Both the position numbers and the translations under genes were made by a program. This document shows positions 1 through 11,198 of a DNA stretch of 64,000 bases, one piece after another. Source of the DNA: Marsupella aquatica (taxonomy: Eukaryota > Plantae > Marchantiophyta); the NCBI GenBank assembly GCA_973895155.1, contig OZ316894.1, positions 23,620,709-23,684,708 on the forward strand, given 5' to 3'. The notes beneath the pieces were generated by a model, which was given only the letters and a program-made list of their open reading frames with translations, was not told the DNA's origin and did not search any database. Every line of letters begins with the position of its first letter. The stretch's first letter is position 1.

Positions 1-315
1 ACAAACGTCGAGTCCGAAGTTTGATTCCTGGACCGTCTGCTCTTTGATTTATTTTCGGACCACGATAATGCTACATTGGAAAATGCTAATGCAAGCCCAG
101 GCACCATTTGCAATACCATCGACTGAAACATCATATGCACTGCCAAATTGCAGAATATTTCCACTGAATTGCCATCGTCGACGGTTGCAATAACCTCTCG
201 GGAAAAATGCTTTACGAACGTACTCCCTTCCTTGATCGAGCAAACAAGGACAACCTGATTGTATCTGGGCTGCCCATGTGTACTGCTTTAGATGACGCTC
301 CAGCTTTCAATCTCG

Positions 316-2511
316 TCACCAGTAATCACCACAAGAACACAAGCCATCTTTAAAGTGGTGAAAGCGAGTTGCATCCCTCGCTGTAATCTCGCGTCCGGTC
401 ACCTTAGATATAAACTTGGTTGCTGTATGGCAATCTAAACACACCCGGAGGTTCTTATATACACGAATTGGTTTTCCCCGAGGGATGCGCATAAGTCCGT
501 AGGCGATAGCCAGCTTCTCACTATGAGAGCCAAGAGCTAGTACTTTATCCCCCTCATCGATATTCTGCAACACAAGCTGGGTATCGGGAATGTAGCCTTC
601 AGCCTTCAGTTTTCCAGTCAATTCATCCAAGTGACTATAAATCGCCTTCGCTTCGGGGTGAGATGTATCCCCTGCAACAAATTCATGGATCTTGTTATCA
701 ACTTCAATCCAGCTACGCCCTGGCTCCTTCCGAACACCTCTCTTTTGCATCATAGTGCGCACCCATGATACCTTCTCCCACTTGCCAGCTGCAGCATAGA
801 TGTTGGAGAGGAGCACATATGAAGAGGCATTAGTGGGTTCCAACTTGGAAAGCTCGTTAGCCGCAAGTTCGCCCAACTCCACATTACCGTAAGTTCTACA
901 AGCCCCAAGCAAGGCTGCCCAAGTTACTCTATCTGGTTCAACTGGCATGTCCCTAATGAAGAGCTTTGCTTCCTCCAAGTGTCCAGCCCGTCCAAGAAGA
1001 TCTACCATGCAGGTATAATGCACAACAGTAGGCTCGATACCATAATCTTGAGTCATAGCTAAAAAGAGTCGACGGCCGTCATCAACAAGGCCTCCGTGAC
1101 AACAAGCTGACAACACTGCCCCAAATGTAGTCCCATCAGGCTTCACAAGGTCGGCATTCATTTTTCTGAAGAGTTCCAGGGCTTCATGCCCACATCCGTG
1201 TTGTGCAAGTCCACTGATCATTATAGTCCATGTGACTCCATCGCGTTTCTCCATTGTGTCAAAAACCAGTCGGGCATCATCTACACTGCCACTCTTTGCA
1301 TACATGTGAAGGAGTGCATTGCCCACACGCAAATCCGATTCCAGTCCCGCTTTGGTGGCGTGGCCATGAACCTCCTTCACCCACTCCAAAGCGCCCGCAC
1401 TTGCAGATGGATTCAGGATGCTCATATAAGTTATTGCATTGGGTTCGAAGCCTTCCTGTCGCATTTTGAGAAAAAGTCGATATGCTTCATGTCCACTCCC
1501 ATGTTGTGCAAGTCCACCGATCATTGTATTCCATGTGACGACATCGCGTATCTCCATCTTGTCAAAAACTAGTCGGGCGTCATCTATACTGCCCGTCATT
1601 GCATACGTGTGAACAAGCGCATTGCCCAGACGCAAATCTGACTCCAGTCCCGCTTTGCTAGCATGGCCATGAACGTCCTTCACCCACTCCAAAGCCCCCG
1701 CACTTACTGATGCATTCAGGATGCTGATGTAAGTGATTGTGTCTGGTTCGAAGCCTTCCTGTCTCATTTGGCGAAACAGTCGATATGCTTCCACACCACG
1801 ACCACTGTCAGCATATGCTCCAATTATTATGTTCCATGCGATTAGGTCTCGTTTTCCCATTCTGTCAAACATTAGTCGGGCATCATCCACATTGCCACTA
1901 GCGGCATACGCACTAATCATCACACTCCAAGCGATGGAATCTCGATTACTCAATTTTTCAAAAACTCGCCTTGCCTCCATGATGCACCCACTCTTTGCAT
2001 ACATCTGAAGGAGGGCAGTCCCTACACGCACATCCGATTCGAAGCCAGCATGCTGAATGCACACATGAAGTTCTTTTCCCCATTTTAGAGCTAATGGGCT
2101 GGCACATGTCTTCAGGACGCACAGATATGTGACTTCATCAGGCCGCGCACCTTCTTGGCGCATCAATTTGAAAACTCCCAGTGCGGATTCAGCATGACCT
2201 TTCTTAGCATATCCTGCAATCATCATGTTCCAAGCAAGAACATCCTTCTTCTTAAGTTCATCAAAAACTCGGCGTGCCTCCAACAATCCCCCGCATTTGA
2301 TATAAACATTCAGGAGGGCGTTCGCCACATACGAGTTCTTATTAATTCCACTCTCAATGAGGAAATCATGAACCTGCTTGGCCGCTGAAAGGTCCTTCTG
2401 CTTCGTACACCTTCTCAGAACATCAACATACATGTTCGCGTTGACAGTCATACCTCGTTGTAGACGATTCTTCAAAATAGCAAGTGCTTCACTCACCCCC
2501 ACGCCCGCCAT
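316..2511 (-). CDS. PLS-class pentatricopeptide repeat protein with E and DYW deaminase domains (organellar C-to-U RNA editing factor type), 731 aa, single exon
   Basis: Repeating P-L-S PPR motifs (e.g. DVVTWNTMIGGLAQHG, PNAITYMSIL, GNALLHMYAKSGSVDDARLVFD), E domain, PG box (KEPGRSWIEV), zinc-binding HSEKLA...CLDCH and C-terminal CSCGDYW. Confidence 0.95.
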   Translation of the reverse strand: MAGVGVSEALAILKNRLQRGMTVNANMYVDVLRRCTKQKDLSAAKQVHDFLIESGINKNSYVANALLNVYIKCGGLLEARRVFDELKKKDVLAWNMMIAGYAKKGHAESALGVFKLMRQEGARPDEVTYLCVLKTCASPLALKWGKELHVCIQHAGFESDVRVGTALLQMYAKSGCIMEARRVFEKLSNRDSIAWSVMISAYAASGNVDDARLMFDRMGKRDLIAWNIIIGAYADSGRGVEAYRLFRQMRQEGFEPDTITYISILNASVSAGALEWVKDVHGHASKAGLESDLRLGNALVHTYAMTGSIDDARLVFDKMEIRDVVTWNTMIGGLAQHGSGHEAYRLFLKMRQEGFEPNAITYMSILNPSASAGALEWVKEVHGHATKAGLESDLRVGNALLHMYAKSGSVDDARLVFDTMEKRDGVTWTIMISGLAQHGCGHEALELFRKMNADLVKPDGTTFGAVLSACCHGGLVDDGRRLFLAMTQDYGIEPTVVHYTCMVDLLGRAGHLEEAKLFIRDMPVEPDRVTWAALLGACRTYGNVELGELAANELSKLEPTNASSYVLLSNIYAAAGKWEKVSWVRTMMQKRGVRKEPGRSWIEVDNKIHEFVAGDTSHPEAKAIYSHLDELTGKLKAEGYIPDTQLVLQNIDEGDKVLALGSHSEKLAIAYGLMRIPRGKPIRVYKNLRVCLDCHTATKFISKVTGREITARDATRFHHFKDGLCSCGDYW
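1190..1900. repeat. Internal 303-bp tandem duplication of one P-L-S triplet (101 aa) in the PPR gene, about 2.3 copies
   Basis: ccagtcccgcttt...ccatgaa..tccttcacccactccaaagc recurs at ~1341 and ~1644 (offset 303); the protein repeats AGALEWVK(D/E)VHGHA.KAGLESDLR. Confidence 0.85.
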
Positions 2512-4096
2512 GAATCAACTCTCTGTTCAGGTTGAGGAGCTTTGCTAGAGGTTAGGCCGATAGTTTTTTGCGACTCTATCACGGATCCACTGATGGGTAC
2601 CCTGCCGGTTCCCTGTTCACTGGCTGATCTTTGGGGGTTTTGCCGCTCCTTCTGCAGTTGTTAAATTTCTTGTTTAGCTCCCGTTCTGGGAATGCTTCTT
2701 TGATACGGAAAACTTGCAAAAGTGACATCACTTCGTTTTAATTAGGAGTAACAGTTATGTCTGTAAAGACTGAAATAGTCTTAGAATACCGAAATAATTG
2801 TGAATAGCATATCCTGATCGCTCAAATCATCAATAAGCTCGCTCATACCACGCTACTTGACAAGTACTGTGTCAAGACAAAGACAGAGGCAAAAGCCAAT
2901 CGAATTGCCGCTGAAAAACTCCTTCTGTCAGTCACATATTATCCATGGTTTTGTTTGTCAAGGTGTCTAACGGCACCTTGACAGGCATGCATTTGTAAGC
3001 TGCCAACACTTGTCCAATCACAACCTAGTCGAAATCTCAGGTCTTGAAAAAGAGACAGCAATTCAAAATTAAAACGTATCTGACAGAAGTTTTACTGGCT
3101 CGATAGAATCCATAGAGATTAGACACATTTGACATGAATCCATAGAGATTAGACACATCTGACATGACTGTGATAGCCCCCGTGTTCCCTTGGAGACTAA
3201 AATTCGAGCAGAACGAATCCAACTCGAAATTCAACTCTTCATTCCATGAGCCCCGCAGCAAGTAATTCATGCAATTATAGATGTCAAACTTGGCTACTGG
3301 AACACGGTTCTTGCTTTAAAGTAAATAATCATGAGATTAAGATCGCTCATTCAGCCTTATTACCTGAAGGCGTTGTATTCAAATAACGGCTGGTGCCAAC
3401 ATCGATCACTCAGGAAATCGGCCCTTCTTCGTTGAGAACATACTCACAGTCGTCCGGTACGAAACCCTCACATCCGAATCCAACAACAACATGCATACAA
3501 AATTAATCATACCTGGCTGCCGAGTGTGGGATTGAACGGACAAAATCCAAAATTGTCATGGAGTCAGCTCCGTGCGTCTGAGGCGCGGAATTTGGCCACA
3601 TTTTCCAGCTCCGTCTCTCCCTTCTTTCCTCACGACAAAGATGCAAATTGCAGACCTCACGACGAAAGCCGAAACCCTAGCTAGACAACAGTGAGAGTGC
3701 GCCCAGACATTCCCTCTTCCCATCTCTTCCACAAAAGCCGCAAATGCAGGATTTGGAAGGAGCAGTCACGGATCGATGAACAGCAACAAGATGGTAGAAG
3801 AACTCCATGCACGACGAACGAAGGAAGGTCCAAAGTGCTCCAAAAGAAAAAAGGGAACCTCTTTGAGACAAGAGTCTTGCAAAACTCCTCTCGTCAGCAG
3901 AGTATGAAATCACATGAAGGAAATGGTAGAATGTGAAGAAAACCCAATAATGACCACGGAAGGAAAATCTCCCAAAATTGAACTCAGCATAGTCTTCGCA
4001 CCAAATGGCGATGGCGCCATGTACAACGTGGCCATTTTGTATATGTTGTATACTCTAGTATATGGTGTATAATCTATAAGTAGAATAATATAGTAA

Positions 4097-5655
4097 CTAG
4101 TTGATACCCCTGCTTTGCACAAAGGATGTCATGAAAAAACCATGTTTGAGATGTAGTTAAAGAAACATGTTGTGGCACCCAAGATGTTGTTAAGAAAAGA
4201 GATGTCATGGCACCCAAGATGTCATGTCACCCAAGATGTCATGGCGTCCAAGATGTCTTGGTGCCCAAGATGTCGCTAAGAAAAAAAAGTGTCATTGTGC
4301 CCATGATGTCGTTAAGAAAAAAGATAGTGTTTCCCAAGATGTTGTTATGTGAAAGATGTCATGAAATAGAAAGATGTTGTGTTTCCCAAGATATCGTCAA
4401 GTAAATAGATGTCGTGTCATCAATGATGTTGTTATGCCAAAGATGTTATTAAGTACAAAATGGTCAATAAGTAAAGTATGTCATTAGTCAAAGATGTTCT
4501 GAAATAAAAGATATTGTTAAGTACATCTTGGGCCAGATACTTGTGTTTTGCATAAAAGATGTTGAGGTGAGAAAAGATATCAATGAGAACATGTCGAGGG
4601 TAAAAAAGTACGCCAAGGAGAAAAAAGATGTTGAGGCGAGAGAAATATGTCAAAATGAGGAAAATATGTTGAGAAGAGAAAGAATGTTGAGGGTGAGATA
4701 AAGATGGTAAAATGAGATAAATATAATATATATGCCAAGGTGAAAAAAGATCTCGAGGTGAGGAAAATATGTCAAGATGAGAAAAGATCTTGAGGTGAGG
4801 AAAAGATGTCAAGATGAGAAAAAGATCATTTTTGAAGTGAGAAAAATGTATTGGCAAAGTAAAGATGTCAACATAAGAAAACAATGGTGAAATGAGAAAA
4901 AGATGTCAAGGCAAAGAAAAATGTTGAGGAAAGATCTATATGTAAATATTAGAAAAATATGACTTGTGAAGATGAGAAAAGATGTAGAGGCGCAGCAAAA
5001 AATAATTATCTTTATGATGTAATTGTTTAGACATGTTATGTTGTGATCTCGACCATACAATAGGTATGGTCGTGTCATTTCACCCGTGCATTGCATATAA
5101 AGATTGGAGATGCGAGATAATGACCACCACATCATAGAGGCCAAGCATATTTGAGTGACAGGAAAAGCTGTGTTTTTTTTAAGTTTTTAGAAAATAAATA
5201 TTTTCAATATATTTTCAATATATTCAAATATCTAAATATTTTCAAATATATTTATATATGAATAAATTGAATTATTAAGTATTTCATTGTGACAGGTATG
5301 GGAAGACTGAAAGGATAGCTTGGGCAGGAACTTATTTAGAAGAGGTGTATGGATAAATCTGTTGGTGTTAGAAAATTAATATTTTGATGAATGGTCGAGA
5401 TTGATTCACACTTTTTTTTAGTTTGGAAATGGACTCGATCCATTATAAATTATAATGGTACGTGGTAAAGGGAGGTCTCCTTGATACTCGTGCATTGTTA
5501 GAGTGTCTCTCCATATACTTTGTATTATTAGATTCATTTTTGCTTGGAAACAATGCACTCCAATTTCATTCACAGTATATTCATTTTTTTTTTGTTTTAT
5601 TCATTCTTGTTAGTTATATTCTTTCCTGTTTTTTGGTGGCCCATTGCAAATTTTA
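4097..5655 (-). mobile_element. Non-autonomous Helitron-like element, copy 1, with an (AAGATGTC/T)-rich minisatellite body
   Basis: On the minus strand it ends GTGCAAAGCAGGGGTATCAA-CTAG|T at 4097. Both the body and 5455-5655 match 19140-20141 in inverted orientation. Confidence 0.65.
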
Positions 5656-5775
5656 AGATTTTTTATAGCTGTAGAAAATAATTATTGCAACCCAACTATG
5701 CTGAGAAAGCCTATTAGCTCTATGGATGATTGAATGGACCAACAAAAGCATCATAAAGATCACTTATTGAAAAAT

Positions 5776-5798
5776 TTTAGGGTTTAGGGTTTAGGGTT
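5776..5798 (+). repeat. Interstitial plant telomere repeat (TTTAGGG)x3
   Basis: tttagggtttagggtttagggtt lies immediately before the plastid-derived fragments. Confidence 0.8.
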
Positions 5799-5800
5799 GA

Positions 5801-5873
5801 GCCTCGATGGTGAAACAGTATACACGCGAGATTCAAAATTTTGTGCTTTAAGCATGGAGGTTCGAATCCTCTT
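5801..5873 (+). pseudogene. trnL-CAA: Plastid-derived tRNA-Leu(CAA) pseudogene (NUPT), 3' acceptor strand missing
   Basis: GCCTCGATGGTGAAACAGTATACACGCGAGATTCAAAATTTTGTGCTTTAAGCATGGAGGTTCGAATCCTCTT follows the plastid trnL-CAA pattern (GCC..GGTGAAA.GGTAGACACGCGAGACTCAAAATCTCGTGC...GGAGGTTCGA.TCCTCTT). Anticodon CAA is at 5834-5836. It has several substitutions and is truncated. Confidence 0.8.
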
Positions 5874-6076
5874 TAAATATTCGGTTCTTGAATACTTATC
5901 AACGTCAAAATCAGTTTCCAATTTTACTAAATAAAAACAATCTTCAATTGAATAAGAATTTGTCATATTTCAATGAATTTGGGTCCAGGACTCTTGGATA
6001 TAATATACGGGATGTAGTAGCTATTAATAATGAAATTTCATTAATAAGTCTTACAAAAAATGAATCATTTGTTTGT
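5873..6076 (+). pseudogene. ycf2: Plastid ycf2 fragment (NUPT)
   Basis: AT-rich stop-free frame LNIRFLNTYQRQNQFPILLNKNNLQLNKNLSYFNEFGSRTLGYNIRDVVAINNEISLISLTKNESFVC resembles the post-AAA region of plastid Ycf2 (EFGSRTMGYN.RDL.AL.NE.L.ISITKN). Confidence 0.8.
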
Positions 6077-7336
6077 AAGGTCAAAGTCGACGTCGACTTT
6101 GGAATCAATGGTGCAGATTTCCCTTCCCATGGTTTGCAAGACTCCTAACACAGACGGCAGTACTTATCCTAGCACAAGCAGGAGTCCTTATCCTGCAGAG
6201 CAGCAGGCAACAACTTGGTGGTCATTTTGAGCGGCAATAAAGAGCAACAGGCATCATACCTTTTGTGTTATCACTCAGTGGATTTCTAAATTAGAGCACA
6301 ATGAAAAAGAGACATTGACACTAATTTGTTTGGAAGCTGGCTATGACATGACATGTCGGACAAAAACTACAACTTGGTACGAAAGAACCCATGGCAATAT
6401 GGAGAACAAACGTACCAGTGGCGGTGGAAATGAGAATGATGACCACGCTATACGCAATTAGTGTGCCGCAATCTTGGGCCACAAACCAACAGTGCAGATG
6501 AGGTGGAAGGGATCGGACAGCCCTTGCAAGCCGCAGGGCTCGGTGCAAATCGCAATGGCAACCTGCTCCTTTTGTAAGCAGTAATCGGATTAACTCTCGA
6601 GCTATTCTAAACCTAGACAACATAGACTGACTGGCTGGAGAGGTGTTGGCTATGTCAGTGGACAGGAGTTGTCGTGTTTGCATTATACCCACTATTTTAT
6701 CCAGGATACCGCCAGGATAATAACTTGTGTTTGTCTATATCCCACTATTAGGATCGCCATAGGATGTATAAGGCACTGCTACCATTTTTGAAAGGAACTA
6801 CTCCAGTTGCGGAGGGCTGTCATGTTGCACAGTACACTAGTGATAGTATACTTGAGTACTCTCGTACTCCTAAACGCATTGGGGTACCAGGGCCGCAATC
6901 TCGCCCACACACGAACGGTGCAGATAAAGCATAGGAAAACTGTACGGCCTTAGGCAGCTTATCACGACGGTGACTTGTCCCTTGTAGAAGTGGTAACTAG
7001 ATTAACTCTAGATCTGTTCTCAATGCAGACTGGCTGGAGATGTGTCGGCTATGCCAATGGATAGGATCTCTGGGCCTTCACTCCTAATTTATTATACATA
7101 CATACCTGTGAGCCTCCCTTCCCCTAGTACCCCTACTTATTATTTTTTCTCACATTGAGATTAACCTTGTTTTTTTTGTAAAAAAAACTTCATTTTTGCT
7201 ATTTTTCTTGTGACTTTAGTATGTTATAAAAAATAGTTTTGTGCATTAATATGTACCCTTCATATTTTACAAATTTTAGTGCATTCAAAAGGATTTAAGG
7301 ATGGACATAATGTAAGTGGTGATAACAAGGGTGTAT

Positions 7337-7625
7337 CTCGGGGGTTAACTAAGTGTATATTTTGGGGTACCACGTGCGATCCTAGCCTCATATAAATAGA
7401 CCTACTTTATAAAGAAAATATTCCAAAAATATTCTTCAGTTTTAATATTAATAACTTATTTTATTTCATAAAAAATGTATATATAATTAGAGAATTCTAT
7501 AAACATGAGTTTATGATGCCTTTTTTTGCCTCATACGCTTTTTAAAAATTTAGTTAATTTCTATCAATTATACCTATTTTGGATCGCGCGTGGTTCCTAA
7601 GATTTTTTATAGTCAACCCCCTGAG
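7337..7625. mobile_element. ~290-bp MITE, CTCGG-terminus / 8-bp TSD family
   Basis: Imperfect ~45-bp TIRs (ctcgggggttaact...ccacgtgcgatcc / ggatcgcgcgtgg...agtcaaccccctgag). TSD is gggtgtat / gagtgtat, one mismatch. Confidence 0.65.
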
Positions 7626-8677
7626 GAGTGTATTGTTATTTATGTTCTACTAATGAAGAACTTTGCCTATTTAGCTAACACAAACCCAATCATCTATATA
7701 TAAAGTCTGTTAAAAGTCAATTGTATTCTACCCACACCCCTAAAACCCCCTATTAGCCCCCGCCCAGACCCAACCCCCATTTCTCCTTACTAAGACCTTT
7801 TGGCTTAGGATACACATTTGGGCATTCCTTTGGGCATTACATACATTTTGATATATGCAAACATATATGGACAAAACACATATATGGACACATGCACCAA
7901 TTAAGAATGGACACGTATACCACTAATGTAATGTCGCGTGCTTTTACCTCTTGATTCCCCCTTCCATAGGAATAACTTAGAACATTTAAAATGGTCTTGC
8001 AAAATTAGAAGGAGGTTCAAGAATATATGTGGAGGTTACCTACTTGTAAAGTAATTATAAAAATTATTGTGTATGGAAGGGATAAAATTAGCTAATTCCA
8101 TGCTAGAATGCACTTCAACTATTGGGGGCCAAATATTGCAGACCAAAGTCTACATGGGGTGTCAGGGCTAGTTCCCCATAAGCGTTTCCAATGGGGAGGT
8201 TGAGTTCTAATTGAAGCCAAAGTGAAGGGACAAAGTCTGAAGGGAATGGTGTGGGGTGGTTGGTTGATTTCCTTCTAAAGTAAGGCTAAGAAAGTTACAA
8301 TCCATGCCCAGCCCCCTTGCACTGACAAGCAACATCAAGCTTAGAATTCCTCCTCCTTGTATGAGTTGGACCAGTGCTACTCCACACCTGGAATTGACTA
8401 GTTACAAACCATGCCTTGACCCAAAAAGAACTAGTCTTGCACATGGACTCAAGCCAGGGAAGCTTTCCGAGCTTGGATCCAAAAGAGAAGCTTTCTTTGA
8501 CTATTGTGGACGGTGGCACAACAACTTCCCTTGGCCCATTATTAGGGAGTGTCAAAACAGCTCCATAAGGGAGATGGACATAAAAGTATTCTATGGCCAG
8601 GACAGAACTTCCTACGGGCTACCTAAATACATGTCCCATAAGAATTTTACATCCAAAAAGTTTTAGGAACAATCCCG

Positions 8678-8736
8678 GGAACAATCTTATGGCTGAAACT
8701 TTAGGATTCCCATAGTTTCAGCCATAAGATTGTTCC
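8678..8736. repeat. Perfect 23-bp inverted repeat (hairpin with 13-nt loop)
   Basis: ggaacaatcttatggctgaaact (8678-8700) and agtttcagccataagattgttcc (8714-8736) are exact reverse complements. Confidence 0.9.
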
Positions 8737-10930
8737 TATCAAGATTGTTTTAGAGTCATAAGCCTATTGGGTTTGTGTTCTGTGTGCCCCGCTGGTGGTA
8801 ACTGTAGGTTTGGATGGTGATCCCATAAGAATTTGTGAGTTGACACAACATTTCATTTGCCAATAAACCAAGTTTCTTCTAATATTGGGAGGTACAATGC
8901 CAGATGGGTTGGTTGCCCATCACTAATGTCTCTCTTTGATAGGATTTCTAAGCTTGCATGAGATCTAAGAAAATGATTGTTTAACTAGGATGACACGGAT
9001 TTACAGTAAAACTCATTGACTATCATACAAAGAACATTTTGAAATCCCTTTCAATTACAAATGTTTTGAGAGAGATCCCACCCAAGTTTATGACTCTAAA
9101 ACTTTGGGACTGTGTTCCATGGGCTTAGGGTGGGGAGTACAAGCACTTTGCCTAGGGCCCAAATATAGAGTTGTCTTCCAGTTGAATGTTGTCTATGAGT
9201 AGCGGCTGTTTTACTCAACACCCTTGTAAGAGCTGTAATCTTATTGGCTCAAATATTTTGACATCTTTTTTCTACTCATCACTCCCTGCCCATGGAACCC
9301 AGCCCTTAAGAACATACAATTCTGTTCTACTGGCCTGAATGCCTACTCATAAATAAATGGTGAGTAGTGTCATGTCTATGTTTCAATTCTACCCAACCCC
9401 TGCGCCCTAGAGTCACTAGTTCACTTTAGAATGCAGGCTACTAACCTTTACTGATTGAGCTTTATCAGATGGATGCATGGCAGACATTTGTGGCTGAGAG
9501 CACCGGAAGAGATGAGGTACTGTATAATGCAAGCAAACAGGAATTTTGTTAGCCATGAGAGTGTTGTTAGCGAGACAATAATGGTTTTAAATTTCTTTTG
9601 CTTTTTGCTACCTTTTATATTTTTTGTGTTTTTTTGTGACTCCGGATGGCTAGTGAGTTCTTTAGCAAAAAGAGGAGTCCCAAAATGTACGTCATCAACC
9701 AGGTTGTTGTTAGCAAGGCATTTGGATATAGAAAAATTAGGGGTCACATGAGGAATAGTTATACTTGGACGCAAGGAATTTTTTTATTGTTTCCTCGCAT
9801 ACTACAATGACCCAATTTCCACTCCCATCTGTGTCCTGCGAGGCAAAACCCTCCTCACACCTTGAGAGTAGAGACTCTCCTCAGCAGTGATGAGTACTGA
9901 TCCATCTGGGATATTATTGGAATTCTGTTGCCGTGTATTTTTTAAGTGCAAATTTTAGTCAAATTCTATCTCCCCAAAAAATGTTAGCCACTTTTGGCTA
10001 ATATTAGCTAGATTTTCTTAACACAAGCCACTCTTCCACCAAATCATGGACTCCATTAGCCAGAATCTAATGGTCCTCCTTAAATCTAGGGATATCTGAC
10101 TGTCATGATTTACTTCAGTAAAATCTGATAGAAAATATTCCTAGAATCTCCTCCCTAAGAGAAGCAAACATTCGTCACACTCACTAAAAATAAAAAACCT
10201 TAAAAAAGCTGTTCTGTTGGCAGGGCCCTCCCTAAAGGAGGAAATTCAGGCATAAAATCTCAGTCAATGCCAGAGTGCCACGCGTTCAGTTGAGGGCAGG
10301 GAACTCATGCAAGACGGCCCTAAAGTGGAACCTGGTGCACCGCCCTCCGAGAGTTCGCTCTCATGGAACCGTGTTCATCACCCTCCTCTCCTCTCGCCGC
10401 CCCTCCTCTCGTCGCTCGTCTTTCTCTCGCAAGGTCTCGAGTTTCGTCATCGGTTCTCTGCTCTTCTCTTGCTTAAGACTTTCTTTGCCGTATGGAGCTC
10501 TGGTGTCTTGCGGCTGTTGCAGAGTGGCGGAACGGAGCAGTGGGAGTGTGGGACGGAAGGCGATTCTGGGTTCTGGGCTCCTTGATAGAATTAGTTTAAA
10601 TCTGCTTGTTTGTCAATGCCGCCTCGAGAAGGTTGCGGATGTTTGGAGACCTTTGATTGAAGTGAACCTCGAATTCCTTGCTTGGCTTCATTGGATTGAT
10701 TGGTGAATTTGGAAGCAAAATCCGCCCATGTTGGGTCACATAGTGTTTGTCAATTTTTTGTGAGGAGATTGCGTATCGGGGCCATTTTTGATTGAGTGAA
10801 GTGGCGTGGCGTAATTGATTTCCGGATCGGCATCATCGAATTGAAGCAATTCCCGTTGCTGTATTGCTTGTTGTTGCAGTTTCCGTAGGCTTGTGAGTTT
10901 AGGGTTTTGACCACTGAAGGTCACGATGAA

Positions 10931-11122
10931 CTCAGCAATTGCGAAGAGATAGGGTCGTTCATCTGAGTGTCAGGTTTGGGGTTCAGCAATTGAGGAAGTG
11001 AGATAGGGTTTTCCATCAGTGTTCCATTTTTTCTCTTGGATTCAGCAATTGAGGAAGATATAGGGCATTCCATCGCAGTATTGTCAACTTTGGGATTCTG
11101 CAATTGAGGCAGAAGGATAGGA
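10931..11122 (+). repeat. Four-copy degenerate repeat (~25-bp conserved core plus ~30-bp variable linker) upstream of the ATG101 CDS, probably within a 5'-UTR intron
   Basis: Core TCAGCAATTGAGGAAGA(T)ATAGGG at 10931, 10982, 11041 and 11096; period 51-59 bp. Confidence 0.7.
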
Positions 11123-11198
11123 TCATCAGTGATATGCGGGATTCGACTAAAGGAGAGAACTGTTTGTGCGGCAGCGGAATTTCAAAGCGGCAGGCAGG

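Noticed and set aside
4207-5144. Phe/Ile/Leu-rich 'membrane protein' ORFs (also 19657-20077)
   Set aside because: They are translations of the AAGATGTY minisatellite in the Helitron-like repeat.
5801-5873. Functional nuclear tRNA-Leu gene
   Set aside because: It is a plastid-type sequence with D-loop and anticodon-stem substitutions and no 3' acceptor strand.
10931-11122. CRISPR-like repeat/spacer appearance
   Set aside because: The context is eukaryotic, there are no cas genes, the repeats are degenerate and the spacers are partly similar to each other.
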